A DNA stretch of 64,000 bases from assembly GCA_951406725.2 (NCBI GenBank), contig OX597833.1:10850001-10914000 (forward strand). Direction: 5' to 3'. Positions 34,501-49,097 of this stretch are shown in pieces. Under the pieces are notes generated by a model, which ran no database searches, was not told where the DNA came from, and saw only the letters and a list, made by a program, of their open reading frames with translations. The position numbers were made by a program, and so were the translations under genes. This DNA is from Octopus vulgaris (taxonomy: Eukaryota). Each line of letters starts with the position of its first letter. Position 1 is the first letter of the stretch.

Positions 34501-36340
34501 AACCAGGCGACCAACCGACCAACGAGCCAACCAGTAACCAACCGACAAACCAGCCAACCTGCCGATCGACGACCATCCGACAAACCAACCCACCAGGCGA
34601 CCAACCGACCAACCAGCCAACCAGTTACCAACCAACAAACCAGCCAACCAGCCGATCGACGACCATCCGACAAACCAGTCAACCAGGTGACCCACCGACA
34701 AACCAGCCAAGTAGCAACCAACCGACAAACCAGCCAACCAGCCGATCGACGACCATCCGACAAACAAGCCAACCAGGCGACCCACCGACCATCCTGCCAA
34801 CAAGTAACCAACCGACAAACAAGCCAACCAGCCAATCGACGACCATCCGACAAACCAGCCAACCAGGCGACCCACCGACCAACCAGCCAACCAGTAACCA
34901 ACCGACAAACCAGCCAACCAGCCGATCGACGACCATTCGACAAACCAGCCAACCAGGCGACCTACCGACCAACCAGCCAACCAGCCGATCCACAACAACA
35001 CCATCCGACAAACCAGCCAACCAGGCGACCCACCGAACAACCAGCCAACCAGTAACCAACCGAGAAACCAGTCATGACCAACCGATCAAACCAGCCAACC
35101 AGGCGACCCACCGACCAACCAGCCAACCAGCAACCAACCGACCAACCAGCCAACAAGGCCAACCAGCCAACAAGGAACCAACCGACAAACCAGCCAACCA
35201 GCCGATCGACGACCATCCGACAAATCAGCCAACCAGGCGACCCACCGACCAACCAGCCAAACAGTAACCAACCGACAAACCAGCCAACCAGCGGACCGAC
35301 GACCATCCTACAAACCAGGCAACCAGGCGAGCCACCGAGAAACCAGGCAACTAGGCGACCCACCGACCAACCAGCCAACCAGCAACAACCAACCAACCAG
35401 GCGACCCACCGACCAACCAGCCAACCAGTAACCAACCGACAAACCAGCCAACCAGCGGACCGACGACCATCCTACAAACCAGGCAACCAGGCGAGCCACC
35501 GAGAAACCAGCCAACCAGGCGACCCACCGACCAACCAGCCAACCAGACAACCAACCGACAAACCAGTCATGACCAACCGATCCACAACCATCCGACAAAC
35601 CAGCCAACCAGGCGACCCACCGACCAACCAGCCAACCAGCAACCAACCGACAAACCAGCCAACCAGCCGATCGACAACCATCCGACAAACCAGCCAACCA
35701 GGCGACCCACCGACCAACCAGCCAACCAGTAACCAACCAACAAACCAGCCAACCAGCCGATCGACGACCATCCGACAAACCAGCCAACCAGGCGACCCAC
35801 CGACCAACCAGCCAACCAGTAACCAACAAACAAACCAGCCAACCAGGCGACCAGGCGACCCACCAACCAACAAACCAGCCAACCAGCAACCAGCCGACAA
35901 CCATCCGACAAACCAGCCAACCAACCGATCCACAACCATCCGACAAACCAGCCAACCAGAGCGACTCACCGACCAACCAGCCAACCAGCAACCAACCGAG
36001 AAACCAGTCACAGCCAACGAATCCACAACCAGAGCCAGGCGACCCACCGACCAAGAGCCAACCAGGAACCACCGACAAACCAGCCAACATCATCCCGATC
36101 GACGACCATCCGACAAACCAGCCAACCAGGCGACCTACCGACCAACCAGCCAACCAGCAACCAACCGAGAAACCAGTCAACCAACCGATCCACAACCATC
36201 CGACAAACCAGCCAACCAGGCGACCCACCGACCAACCAGCCAACCAGTAACCAACCGACAAACCAGCCAACCAGGCGACCCACCGACAAACCAGCCAACC
36301 AGCAACCAACCGAGAAACCAGTCATGACCAACCGATCCAC

Positions 36341-36440
36341 NNNNNNNNNNNNNNNNNNNNNNNNNNNNNNNNNNNNNNNNNNNNNNNNNNNNNNNNNNNN
36401 NNNNNNNNNNNNNNNNNNNNNNNNNNNNNNNNNNNNNNNN
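36341..36440. other. Assembly gap (100 N)
   Basis: Directly visible. Confidence 1.
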
Positions 36441-39400
36441 CCAGTCATGACCAACCGATCCACTAACAACCGACAAACCAGCCAACCAGGTGACCCACCG
36501 ACCAACCAGCCAACCAGAAACCACCAACCGACAAACCAACCGACAAACCAGCCAACCAGGTGACCCACCGACCAACCAGCCAACCAGCAACCAACCAACA
36601 AACCAGCCAACCAGCCGATCCACCACCAACCGACAAACCAGCCAACCAGGTGACCCACCGACCAACCAACCAACCAGCAATCAACAAACCAACCAGCCAA
36701 CCAGCCTATCCAGGACAAACCGACAAACCAGCCAACCAGGAAACCCACCGACCAACCAGCCAACCAGCAACCAACCGACAAACCAGTCATGACCAACCGA
36801 TCCACCACCAACCGACAAACCAGCCAACCAGGTGACCCACCGACCAACCAGCCAGCCAGCAACCAACCGACAAACCATCGAACCAGCCGATCCACCACCA
36901 ACCGACAAACCAGCCAACCAGGTGACCCACCGACCAACCAGCCAACCAGCAACCAACCGACAAACCAGCCAACCAGCCAATCCACCACCAACCGACAAAC
37001 CAGCCAACCAGGCGACCCACCGACCAACCAGCCAACCAGCAACCAAACCGACAAACCAGCCAACCAATCGATCCAGCAACCAACCGACAAACCAGCCAAC
37101 CAGGTGACCCACCAACCAACCAACACCAGCAACCAACCAACAAACCAGTCATGACCAATCGATCCACCACCAACCGACAAACCAGCCAACCAGGTGACCC
37201 ACCGACCAACCAGCCAACCAGTAACCAACCGACAAACCAGCCAAAGCCAGCCGATCCACCACCAACCGACAAACCAGCCAACCAGGTGACCCACCGACCA
37301 ACCAGCCAACCAGCAACCAACCAACAAACCAGCCAACCAATCATCGATCCACCACCAACCTGACAAACCAGCCAACCAGGTGACCCACCGACCAACCAGC
37401 CAACCAGCAACCAACCGACAAACCAGCCAACCAGCCGATCCACCACCAACCGACAAACCAGCCATGACCAATCGATCCACCACCAACCGACAAACCAGCC
37501 AGCGAGCCAGCAACCAACCGACAAACCAGCCAACCAGGCGACCCACCGACCAACCAGCCAACCAGCAACCAACCGACAAACCAGCCAACATGCCAATCGA
37601 CCACCATCCGACAAACCAGCCAACCAGTCGACCCACCGACCAACCAGCCAGCCAGCAACCAACCGACAAACCAGCCATGACCAATCGATCCACCACCACC
37701 GACCAACCAGCCAACCAGCAACCAACCGACAAACCAGTCATGACCAACCGATCCACCACCATCCGACAAACCAGCCAACCAGGTGACCCACCGACCAACC
37801 AGCCAACCAGCAACCAACCGACCAACCAGCCAACCAGCAACCAACCGACAAACCAGCCAACCAGTAACCCACCGACCAACCAGCCAGCCAGCAACCAACC
37901 GACAAACCAGTCATGACCAACCGATCCACAACCAACCGACAAACCAGCCAACCAGGTGACCCACCGACCAACCAACCAACCAGCCAACCAGCAACCAACC
38001 GACAAACCAGCCAACCAGGTGACCCACCGACCAACCAGCCAACCAGCAACCAACCGACAAACCAGCCAACCAGCCAATCGACCACCAACCGACAAACCAG
38101 CCAACCAGGCGACCCACCGACCAACCAGCCAACCAGTAACCAACCTACAAACCAGCCAACCAGCAAACCCACCGACAAACCAGCCAACCAGCAACCAACC
38201 GACAAACCAGTCATGACCAACCGATCCACAACCAACCGACAAACCAGCCAACCAGGTGACCCACCGACCAACCAGCCAACCAGCAACCAACCGCGGAACC
38301 AGTCATGACCAACCGATCGACGACCATCCGACAAACCAGCCAACCAGGTGACCCACCGACCAACCAGCCAACCAGCAACCAACCGACAAACCAGCCAACC
38401 AGCAACCCACCGACCAACCAGCCAACCAGCAACCAACCGACAAACCAGCCAACCAGGTGACACACCGACCAACCAGCCAGCCAGCAACCAACCGACAAAC
38501 CGGTCATGACCAACCGATCCACGTCCAACCGACAAACCAGCCAACCAGGTGACCCACCGACCAACCAGCCAACCAGCAACCAACCGACAAACCAGCCAAC
38601 CAGCCTATCCACGACCAACCGACAAACCAGCCAACCAGGTGACCCACCGACCAACCAACCAGCCAACCAGTAACCAACCGACAAACCAGCCAACCAGTAA
38701 CCAACCGACAAACCAGTCATGACCAACCGATCCACGTCCATCCGACAAACCAGCCAACCAGGTGACCCACCGACCAACCGGCCAACCAGCAACCAACCGA
38801 CAAACCAGCCAACCAGCCAATCGACGACCATCCGACAAACCAGCCAACCAGGTGACCCACCGACCAACCGGCCAACCAGCAACCAGCCGACAAACCAGCC
38901 AACCAGCCGATCGACGACCATCCGACAAACCAGCCAACCAGGCGACACACCGACCAACCAGCCAACCAGTAACCAACCGACAAACCAGTCATGACCAACC
39001 GATCCACAACCAACCGACAAACCAGCCAACCAGGTGACCCACCGACCAACCAGCCAACCAGCAACCAACCGACAAACCGGCCAACCAGCCAATCGACGAC
39101 CATCCGACAAACCAGCCAACCAGGCGACCCACCGACCAACCAGCCAACCAGCAACCAACCGACAAACCAGCCAACCAGCAACCAACCGACAAACCAGTCA
39201 TGACCAACCGATCCACGTCCAGCCGACAAACCAGCCAACCAGGTGACCCACCGACCAACCAGGCCAACCAGCAACCAAGCCGACAAACCAGCCAACCAGC
39301 CAATCGACGACCATCCGACAAACCAGCCAACCAGGCGACCCACCGACCAACCAGCCAACCAGCAACCAACCGACAAACCAGCCAGCCAGCCAGCAACCAA

Positions 39401-42400
39401 CCGACAAACCAGTCATGACCAACCGATCCACGTCCAACCGACAAACCAGCCAACCAGGTGACCCACCGACCAACCGGCCAACCAGCAACCAGCCGACAAA
39501 CCAGCCAACCAGCCAATCGACGACCATCCGACAAACCAGCCAACCAGCGACCCACCGACCAACCAGCCAACCAGTAACCAACCGACAAACCAGCCAACCA
39601 GCAACCAAACGACAAACCAGCCAACCAGGCGACCCACCGACCAACCAGCCAACCAGCCAACCACCGACCCACCGACCAACCAGCCAACCCAACCAACCGA
39701 CAAACCAGCCAACCAGGTGACCCACCGACCAACCAGCCAACCAGCAACCAACCAACAAACCAGTCATGACCAATCGATCCACCACCAACCGACAAACCAG
39801 CCAACCAGGTGACCCACCGACCAACCAGCCAACCAGCATCCAACCGACAAACCAGCCAACCTGGTGACCCACCGACCCACCGACCAACCAGCCAACCAGC
39901 AACCAACCGACAAACCAGTCATGACCAGCCGATCGACGACCATCCGACAAACCAGCCAACCAGGTGACCCACCGACCAACCAGCCAACCAGCAACCAACC
40001 GACAAACCAGCCAACCAGGCGACCCACCGACCAACCAGCCAACCAGCAACCAACCGACAAACCAGCCAACCAGGCGGCCCACCGACCAACCGGCCAACCA
40101 GCAACCAGCCGACAAACCAGCCAGCCAGCAACCAAACGATAAACCAGTCATGACCAACCGATCAACGTCCAGCCGACAAACCAGCCAACCAGGCGGCCCA
40201 CCGACCAACCGGCCAACCAGCAACCAACCGACAAACCAGCCAGCCAGGTGACCCACCGACCAACCAGCCAACCGTCCAGCCGACAAACCAGCCAACCAGG
40301 CGACCCACCGACCAACCAGCCAGCCAGCAACCAACCGACAAACCAGTCATGACCAACCGATCCACTACCAACCGACAAACCAGCCAACCAGGTGACCCAC
40401 CGACCAACCAGCCAGCCAGCAACCAACCGACAAACTAGCCAACCAGCCTATCCACGACCAACCGACAAACCAGCCAACCAGGTGACCCACCGACCAACCA
40501 GCCAGCCAGCAACCAACCGACAAACCAGTCATGACCAACCGATCCACGTCCAACCGACAAACCAGCCAACCAGGTGACCCACCGACCAACCAGCCAACCA
40601 GCAACCAACCAACAAACCAGTCATGACCAATCGATCCACAACCAACCGACAAACCAGCCAACCAGGTGACCCACCGACCAACCAGCCAACCAGCAACCAA
40701 CCGACAAACCAGGCCAACCAGCCAATCGACGACCATCCGACAAACCAGCCAACCAGGCGACCCACCGACCAACCGGCCAACCAGTAACCAACCGACAACC
40801 AGTCATGACCAACCGATCCACGTCCAGCCGACAAACCAGCCAACCAGGTGACCCACCGACCAACCAGCCAACCAGCAACCAACCGACAAACCAGCCAACC
40901 AGCCTATCCACGACCAACCGACAAACCAGCCAACCAGGTGACCCACCGACCAACCAGCCAACCAGTAACCAACCGACAAACCAGCCAACCAGCTGATCCA
41001 CCACCAACCGACAAACCAGCCAACCAGGTGACCCACCGACCAACCAGCCAGCCAGCAACCAACCGACAAACCAGCCAACCAGCCGATCCACCACCAACCG
41101 ACAAACCAGCCAACCAGGTGACCCACCGACCAACCAGCCAACCAGCAACCAGCCGACAAACCAGCCAACCAGCCGATCGACGACCATCCGACAAACCGGC
41201 CAACCAGGCGGCCCACCGACCAACCGGCCAACCAGTAACCAGCCGACCAACCAGCCAGCCAGCAACCAAACGACAAACCAGTCATGACCAACCGATCCAC
41301 GTCCAGCCGACAAACCAGCCAACCAGGCGGCCCACCGACCAACCGGCCAACCAGCTACCAGCCGACGACCATCCGACAAACCAGCCAACCAGCCGATCGA
41401 CGACCATCCGACAAACCAGCCAACCAGGCGACCCACCGACCAACCGGCCAACCAGTAACCAGCCGACAAACCAGCCAGCCAGCAACGAAATGACAAACCA
41501 GTCATGACCAACCGATCCACGTCCATCCGACAAACCAGCCAACCAGGTGACCCACCGACCAACCAGCCAGCCAGCAACCAACCGACAAACCAGCCAACCA
41601 GCCGATCCACCCTTCATGACCAACCGATCCACTACCAACCGACAAACCAGCCAACCAGGTGACCCACCGACAAACCAGCCAACCAGGCGACCCACCGACC
41701 AACCAGCCAACCAGCCGATCGACGACCATCCGACAAACCAGCCAACCAGGCGACCCACCGACCAACCAGCCAACCAGTAACCAACCGACAAACCAGCCAA
41801 CCAGGTGACCCACCGACCAACCACCAACCAACCGACAAACCAGCCAACCAGGTGACCCACCGACCAACCAGCCAACCAGGTGACCCACCGACCAACCAGC
41901 CAACCAGCAACCAACCGACAAACCAGCCAACCAGGTGACCCACCGACCAACCAGCCAACCAGTAACCAACCGACAAACCAGCCAACCAGCCGATCCACGA
42001 CCAACCGACAAACCAGCCAACCAGGTGACCCACCGACCAACCAGCCAACCAGCAACCAACCGATTAACCAGTCATGACCAACCGATCCACAACCATCCGA
42101 CAAACCAGCCAACCAGGCGACCCACCGACCAACCAGCCAACCAGCAACCAACCGACAAACCAGCCAACCAGCCGATCGACGACCATCCGACAAACCAGCC
42201 AACCAGGCGACCCACCGACCAACCAGCCAACCAGCCAATCGTCGACCATCCGACAAACCAGTCATGACCAATCGATCCACCTCCAACCGACAAACCAGCC
42301 AACCAGGTGACCCACCGACCAACCAGCCAGCCAGAAACCAACCGATTAACCAGTCATGACCAACCGATCCACAACCATCCGACAAACCAGCCAACCAGGC

Positions 42401-43574
42401 GACCCACCGACCAACCAGCCAACCAGCAACCATCCGACAAACCAGCCAACCAGGCGACCCACCGACCAACCGGCCAACCAGTAACCAGCCGACAAACCAG
42501 CCAGCCAGCAACCAACCGACAAACCAGTCATGACCAACCGATCCACCACCAACCGACAAACCAGCCAACCAGGTGACCCACAGACCAACCAGCCAGCCAG
42601 CAACCAACCGACAAACCAGCCAACCTGGTGACCCACCGACCAACCAGCCAACCAGGTGACCAACCGACCAACCAGCCAGCCAGCAACCAACCAACAAACC
42701 AGTCATGACCAACCGATCAACTACCAACCGACAAACCAGCCAACCAGGTGACCCACCGACCAACCAGCCAACCAGTAACCAGCCGACAAACCAGCCAGCC
42801 AGCAACGAAATGACAAACCAGTCATGACCAACCGATCCACGTCCATCCGACAAACTAGCCAACCAGGTGACCCACCGACCAACCGGCCAACGAGCAACCA
42901 GCCGACAAACCAGCCAACCAGGCGGCCCACCGACCAACCAGCCAGCCAGCAACCAACCGACAAACCAGTCATGACCAACCGATCCACCACCAACCGACAA
43001 ACCAGCCAACCAGGTGACCCACCGACCAACCAGCCAACCCGACAACCATCCGACAAACCAGCCAACCAACCGATCGACGACCATCCGACAAACCAGCCAA
43101 CCAGGTGACCCACCGACCAACCAGCCAACCAGCAACCAAACGACAAACCAGTGACCAACCGATCCACAACCAACCGACAAACCAGCCAACCAGGTGACCC
43201 ACCGACCAACCAGCCAACCAGCAACCAAGACAAACCAGCCAACCAGCCGATCGACGACCATCCGACAAACCAGCCAACCAGGTGACCCACCGACCAACCA
43301 GCCAACCAGCAACCAACCAACAAACCAGTCATGACCAACCGATCCACCACCAACCGACAAACCAGCCAACCAGGTGACCCACCGACCAACCAGCCAACCA
43401 GCAACCAACCGACAAACCAGCCAACCAGGTGACCCACCGACCAACCAGCCAACCAGCAACCAACCAACAAACCAGTCATGACCAACCGATCCACCACCAT
43501 CCGACAAACCAGCCAACCAGGTGACCCACCGACCAACCGGCCAACTATCAACCAGCCGACAAACCAGAAATACA

Positions 43575-44252
43575 TTAAATACGACCGATTCTCTCAGAAT
43601 TAGGAACCCGGCGTTGTTTGCGTGAGTCTGGCCGAGGCATTTTGAAATAGCAGCAAAATGTCGGGAAGAAGAAGGGTTTCCACTTAGATTTTTAATACAG
43701 GATCTTTCGTAAACCTCAATCTCTGGTGCTGGGGTCGGGGGTGGGGTGGGGGACTTTGATATTGCTGACATGTTCTTCTCTTTTACCTTCGGCAATACAA
43801 TGAAGGCTTTTGTTGTTGATGTTGGTGGTGGTGGTGTTGTTGTTTGAGATAGTAGTGGTGGTGGTGGTGGCAATGGTTGTAGTTGTGGTGGTGGTCATGG
43901 TAGTGGTGTTAGTAGTATTGGTGCTGGTAATGGTTGTTGTGACGGTCATGGTTTCTGCTTGGTGGTGGCTGTGTTTACCTCCGACGTCTGCCCAATCCAA
44001 ACAATTCTTTTTTTGCAGTCATTTCTCCGTTCTTTGTTTTTTCAATTTTTTAATTCTTACCCCCCCCCTTTATTTTCAGACATATTGCCTCTGAGATATA
44101 ACGAAGATTCGATTCATATCGAAGTCAATTTTAATATTGGATTTACAAGTGCCCAAATCAGTGGTTCCCAACAGTAGTTAATTTGACAGTTGGAGGTCCA
44201 TGTAAGATTGCTTTAAAATCTATCTATTTCTTTACTACCCACAAGGGGCTAA
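43575..44252. repeat. Near-identical direct duplicate of 45432-46083
   Basis: Shared sequence from aatacgaccgattctctc to cacaaggggctaa, with scattered indels. Confidence 0.9.
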
Positions 44253-45366
44253 TCATGACCAACCGATCAAGTCGGTTATATCCAGTGCCGACAAACCAGC
44301 CAACCAGGCAAAGTCGACCCACCGACCAACCGGCCAACCAGCTACCAGCCGACAAACCGGACAACCAGCCAATCGACGACCATCCGACAAAACAGCCAAC
44401 CAGGCGACCCACCGACCAACCGGCCAACCATCAACCAGCCGACAAACCAGCCAGCCAGCAACCAAACGATAAACCAGTCATGACCAACCGATCAACGTCC
44501 AGCCGACAAACCAGCCAACCAGGCGGCCCACCGACCAACCGGCCAACCAGCTACCAGCCGACAAACCGGCCAACCAGCCAATCGACGCACATCCGACAAA
44601 CCAGCCAACCAGGCGACCCACCGACCAACCGGCCAACCAGTAACCAGCCGACAAACCAGCCAACCAGGCGGCCCACCGACCAACCGGCCAACCAGTAACC
44701 AGCCGACAAACCAGCCAGCCAGCAACCAAACGATAAACCAGTCATGACCAACCGATCAACGTCCAGCCGACAAACCAGCCAACCAGGCGGCCCACCGACC
44801 AACCGGCCAACCAGCTACCAGCCGACAAACCGGCCAACCAGCCAATCGACGACCATCCGACAAACCAGCCAACCAGGCGACCCACCGACCAACCGGCCAA
44901 CCAGTAACCAGCCGACAAACCAGCCAACCTGGCGGCCCACCGACCAACCGGCCAACCAGCTACCAGCCGACAAACCGGCCAGCCAGCAACCAAACGATAA
45001 ACCAGTCATGACCAACCGATCCACGTCCAGCCGACAAACCAGCCAACCAGGCGACCTACCGACCAACCGGCCAACCGACCAAACCAGCCAACCAGGCTAC
45101 CCACCGACCAACCGGCCAACCAGCCAACCAGGCGGCCCACCGACCAACCGGCCAACCAGCAACCAGCCGACAAACCAGCCAGCCAGCAACCAAACGACAA
45201 ACCAGTCATGACCAACCGATCCACGTCCATCCGACAAACCTGCCAACCAGCCAACAAACCTTTTGGCTGTTATTTTTATATAAACGTCACTGAATAAAAG
45301 ATGGGTTGGTCACGACTGGATGTCTTCGATCATAGACCTGTTTGATTAGGCTTTGGTGAGGGCTTG

Positions 45367-45420
<54 letters not shown>

Positions 45421-46055
45421 ACAACATATATTTAATACGACCGATTCTCTCTAGAATTCGGAACCCGGCGTTTTTTGCGTGAGTCTGGCCGAGGCATTTA
45501 GAAATAGCAGCAACATGTCGGGAAGAAGAAGGGTTTCCACTTAGATTTTAATACAGGATCTTTCGTAAACCTCAATCTCTGGTGCTGGGGTCGGGGTGGG
45601 AGGGTGGGGTGGAATACTTTGATATTGCTGACATGTCTTCTCTTTTACCTTCGGCAATACAATGAAGGCTTTTGTTGTTGATGTTGGTGTTGGTGGTGGT
45701 GGCAATGGTTGTAGTTGTGGTGGTGGTCATGGTAGTGGTGGTAGTAGTGCTGGTGCTGGTATTGGTTGTGGTGGCGGTCATGGTTTTGCTGGTGGTGGCT
45801 GTGTTTACCTCCGACGTCTGCCCAATCCAAACAATTCTTTTTTTGCAGTCATTTCTCCGTTCTTTTTTTTTTTCAATTTTTTAATTTTTTTTTATTTTCA
45901 GACATATTGCCTCTGAGATATAACGAAGATTCGATTCATATCGAAGTCAATTTTAATATTGGATTTACAAGGGTTAATATTGGATTTATCAGTGGTTCCC
46001 AACAGTAGTTAATTTGACAGTTGGAGGTCCGTGTAAGATTGCTTTAAAATCTATC

Positions 46056-46280
46056 TATTTCTTTACTACCCACAAGGGGCTAAACACACAGAGGACAAAC
46101 AAGGACAGACAAGCGGATTAAGTCGGTTATATCAACCCCAGTGTTTCACTGGTACTTAATTTATCGACCCCGAAATGATGAAAGGCAAAGTCGACCTCAG
46201 CGGAATTTGAACTCAGAACGTAACCGCAGACGAAATACCACTAAGCATTTCGCCCGGCGTGCTAACGTTTCTACTAGCTC
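46056..46280 (-). mobile_element. SINE family A
   Basis: Reverse-complement match to 565-797. Confidence 0.85.
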
Positions 46281-46514
46281 TTCATCAAAATTTTTTTAAA
46301 GTTTTTTGAAAATTTTCATCAAAATTTTAAAAAACTTTTTGGAAATTTTGATCAAAATTTTTGAAAAGTTTTCTGAAAAATTTCATCAGTTGTTCATGAA
46401 ATACTGCAGGTTTCGTTGATAGGGAATATTTTTTCTCCGGATAGTTATCCAACAAATACACACACGCACACACACACACCCAGATGCATATCTATGTACC
46501 TGTCTATCTTTTTC

Positions 46515-46629
<115 letters not shown>

Positions 46630-46651
46630 GTCTATCTATCTGTCTATCTAT

Positions 46652-48196
46652 CTATACGTATTGACTCTTGAGCCACTACTGCGGAAGCTGGCGACTCTAA
46701 GGGGCATCCCGCGAGAATTGGGATGCGGGACGAGCGTGTCTGCATACGCGGACGACGTCACCGTCATAGTGTCTAGCCACGAGCACATCGAGCTGGTCGG
46801 CGAGACACTGAAAAACTACGAAGCGGTGACAGGAGCGAAAATCAACCGGGAAAAGTCAGTGGGCTTGCGACTAGGCACCTGGAGAAGCAAGCCCATGCCG
46901 TCCACCAGCGCCTCCGTCGTGGGACGCTGGACCGACGGCCCGGTTGAGTTGCTCGGGGTCTGGTTTGGTCCGGACCTCCAAGTGGAGAAGAACTGGAACG
47001 AGATAACGAGTAGGGTGGTCACTCTCGCCCGGCAATGGGCCGAGAGGAAACTGTCCCTAAAAGGTCGAGCGGAGGTGGCGAACACGTACATCGCGTCCGT
47101 CATCTACTACCGCCTGACCGTCGTATTTGTCCCGACCCTACCATCACCAAACTAGAACGCATCCTCTTTCGCTTCTTGTGGAAAGGATGCGTCCCGATAG
47201 TCAGGCGATCCATTTGCTGTCAACACCCGTTAAAAGGAGGGCTGGGCATGCCGTGGTTGATGATGCGCAGACACACGCTGAGACTGCGGCATCTCTGGCT
47301 CTATGTAGACGACGGTGAACAGGTGTGGTCGCCGTTTGTGAGGCACGCTTTCCCGCAGCTCGTCTCCATGACCGAACTGCAGTCGTGGATCAAAAAGAGG
47401 CCGAGGAAGGGCGAATGGCACCGCGAGTGTCGCGTTGCTCTCAAGCAACTCTGCCGTCCTGGGTCGACCTTAAGTGACTTCAACACAACCAAAGCATTCT
47501 ATAGGGGTTTAGTGGAGGGGAGGTACGACGACGAGCTCGGGGCGAACCTGGACGTCGACGAGGAGTACCTGACCCGCCTGTTCAGGACGACTTTCGGGCC
47601 AGGGCCCATGGACAACTTCCAGAGATCCCTGGCCTGGCAGTGCTACCGAGAAGCGCTACCCGTTCGGGATAAGCTCTACAGACACGGCTCGAGAAACACG
47701 GGGCCGACCTGCCCGAGATGCGGTCAGAGCGACGAAACCGTTCTATCTGTTGTCACGTGTAGGTCGGACCCGCCTATCGGCCGAGTCTATCGTAACTATT
47801 GTTCCACCACCTTCTTTAAACGGGAAGAGAAAACGGTTTTCGTTACGCTGATGGCTATGGCGAAAGAATGTGTGTGGTGGACGCGTTTGAAAGGACTGCA
47901 AACAAACACCTTCCTCTCTGGTCAATCTCTCGTCAACTTTTTTAAGTACCACTTGAAAAGGAGGATGAGAATAGAGAGGAAGGCTTTGTCGAACGAATGT
48001 TTTAATAAAAAGTGGGTAAAAGTGGCAAAAATGGTCAGTATGAAAGACGACACTATTTAAAGCATAAATCTGTAACCAAAAGAGACAACGAGAGGTAAGG
48101 CGACTTACTCATGTGTTCATTTTCGAACTGTCTGAGGTGACCTTGGTCTTTTTTGTAGGTTTTTCTTTCCAAGGCTACACCTAAACTGTGAACCTT

Positions 48197-48246
<50 letters not shown>

Positions 48247-48395
48247 CTTTTTATACACCACACAACCCACAGATCCTTATTGATCAAAGGTTTTTCTTTT
48301 GTGTCCCACCCATCCCACATCGAAAAGAAAAAATTATACATTGTATTTCGTCCATTTTTATTCTGTGTTTAGCCCTGTGTGGCTACAAGAAAAAG

Positions 48396-48396
<1 letters not shown>
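46652..48396 (+). mobile_element. 5'-truncated Tx1/L1-clade retrotransposon copy in (TATC)n
   Basis: SAYADDVTV RT and C-terminal region highly similar to 54300-55780, with a frameshift and an internal deletion. (TATC)n on both flanks. Confidence 0.92.
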
Positions 48397-48484
<88 letters not shown>

Positions 48485-48508
48485 AATATATTTGAATCGA
48501 TTTATGTA

Positions 48509-48715
48509 GGCGCAGGAGTGGCCGTGTGGTAAGTAGTTTGTTTACCAACCACATGGTTCCGGGTTCAGTTTGCTTATCAGCCACATGATTCCGGGTTCAG
48601 TCCCACTGCGTGCCTTTTTTTTTTTTTTTCTTTCTTAAACCTTCAAAAGAAAAAGCTCTACCTTGTAATTTGTTCTATCTGTGTGCAGCCCTGTGTGGCT
48701 AATAAAGAAACAAAC
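48509..48715 (+). mobile_element. SINE B head fused to a Tx1 3' terminus
   Basis: 48509-48612 is the family B tRNA-like head. 48613-48715 is a T-tract plus aaaagctcta...agccctgtgtggctaataaagaaa, then (TATC)n. Confidence 0.7.
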
Positions 48716-48716
48716 A

Positions 48717-48782
<66 letters not shown>

Positions 48783-48786
48783 ATCC

Positions 48787-48819
<33 letters not shown>

Positions 48820-48823
48820 ATCC

Positions 48824-48912
<89 letters not shown>

Positions 48913-48916
48913 ATCC

Positions 48917-49013
<97 letters not shown>

Positions 49014-49097
49014 GCATCGGTTGTCAAGCAATGCTAGGGGGACAAACACAGACACACAAACACACACACACAGATATATGTGTGTGTGTGTGTGTGT

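Larger units (their letters stand above)
25511..45258. repeat. ~20-kb modular A/C-rich satellite (interrupted by an N gap and by 43570-44250)
   Basis: Constant block ccgac(a/c)aaccagccaacc alternates with a small set of linkers. The commonest composite units are 90 and 92 bp. Confidence 0.95.

Noticed and set aside
25446-45257. Hundreds of W/L/V/G-rich minus-strand ORFs (up to 863 aa)
   Set aside because: Translations of the satellite. They are open in all frames because of base composition and have no domain or splice support.
45572-46008. Possible exon(s): Thr-rich minus-strand frame, or + strand ttttcag|DILPLRYNEDSIHIEVNF
   Set aside because: No recognisable homology, no convincing donor or partner exons, and the two copies disagree in frame.
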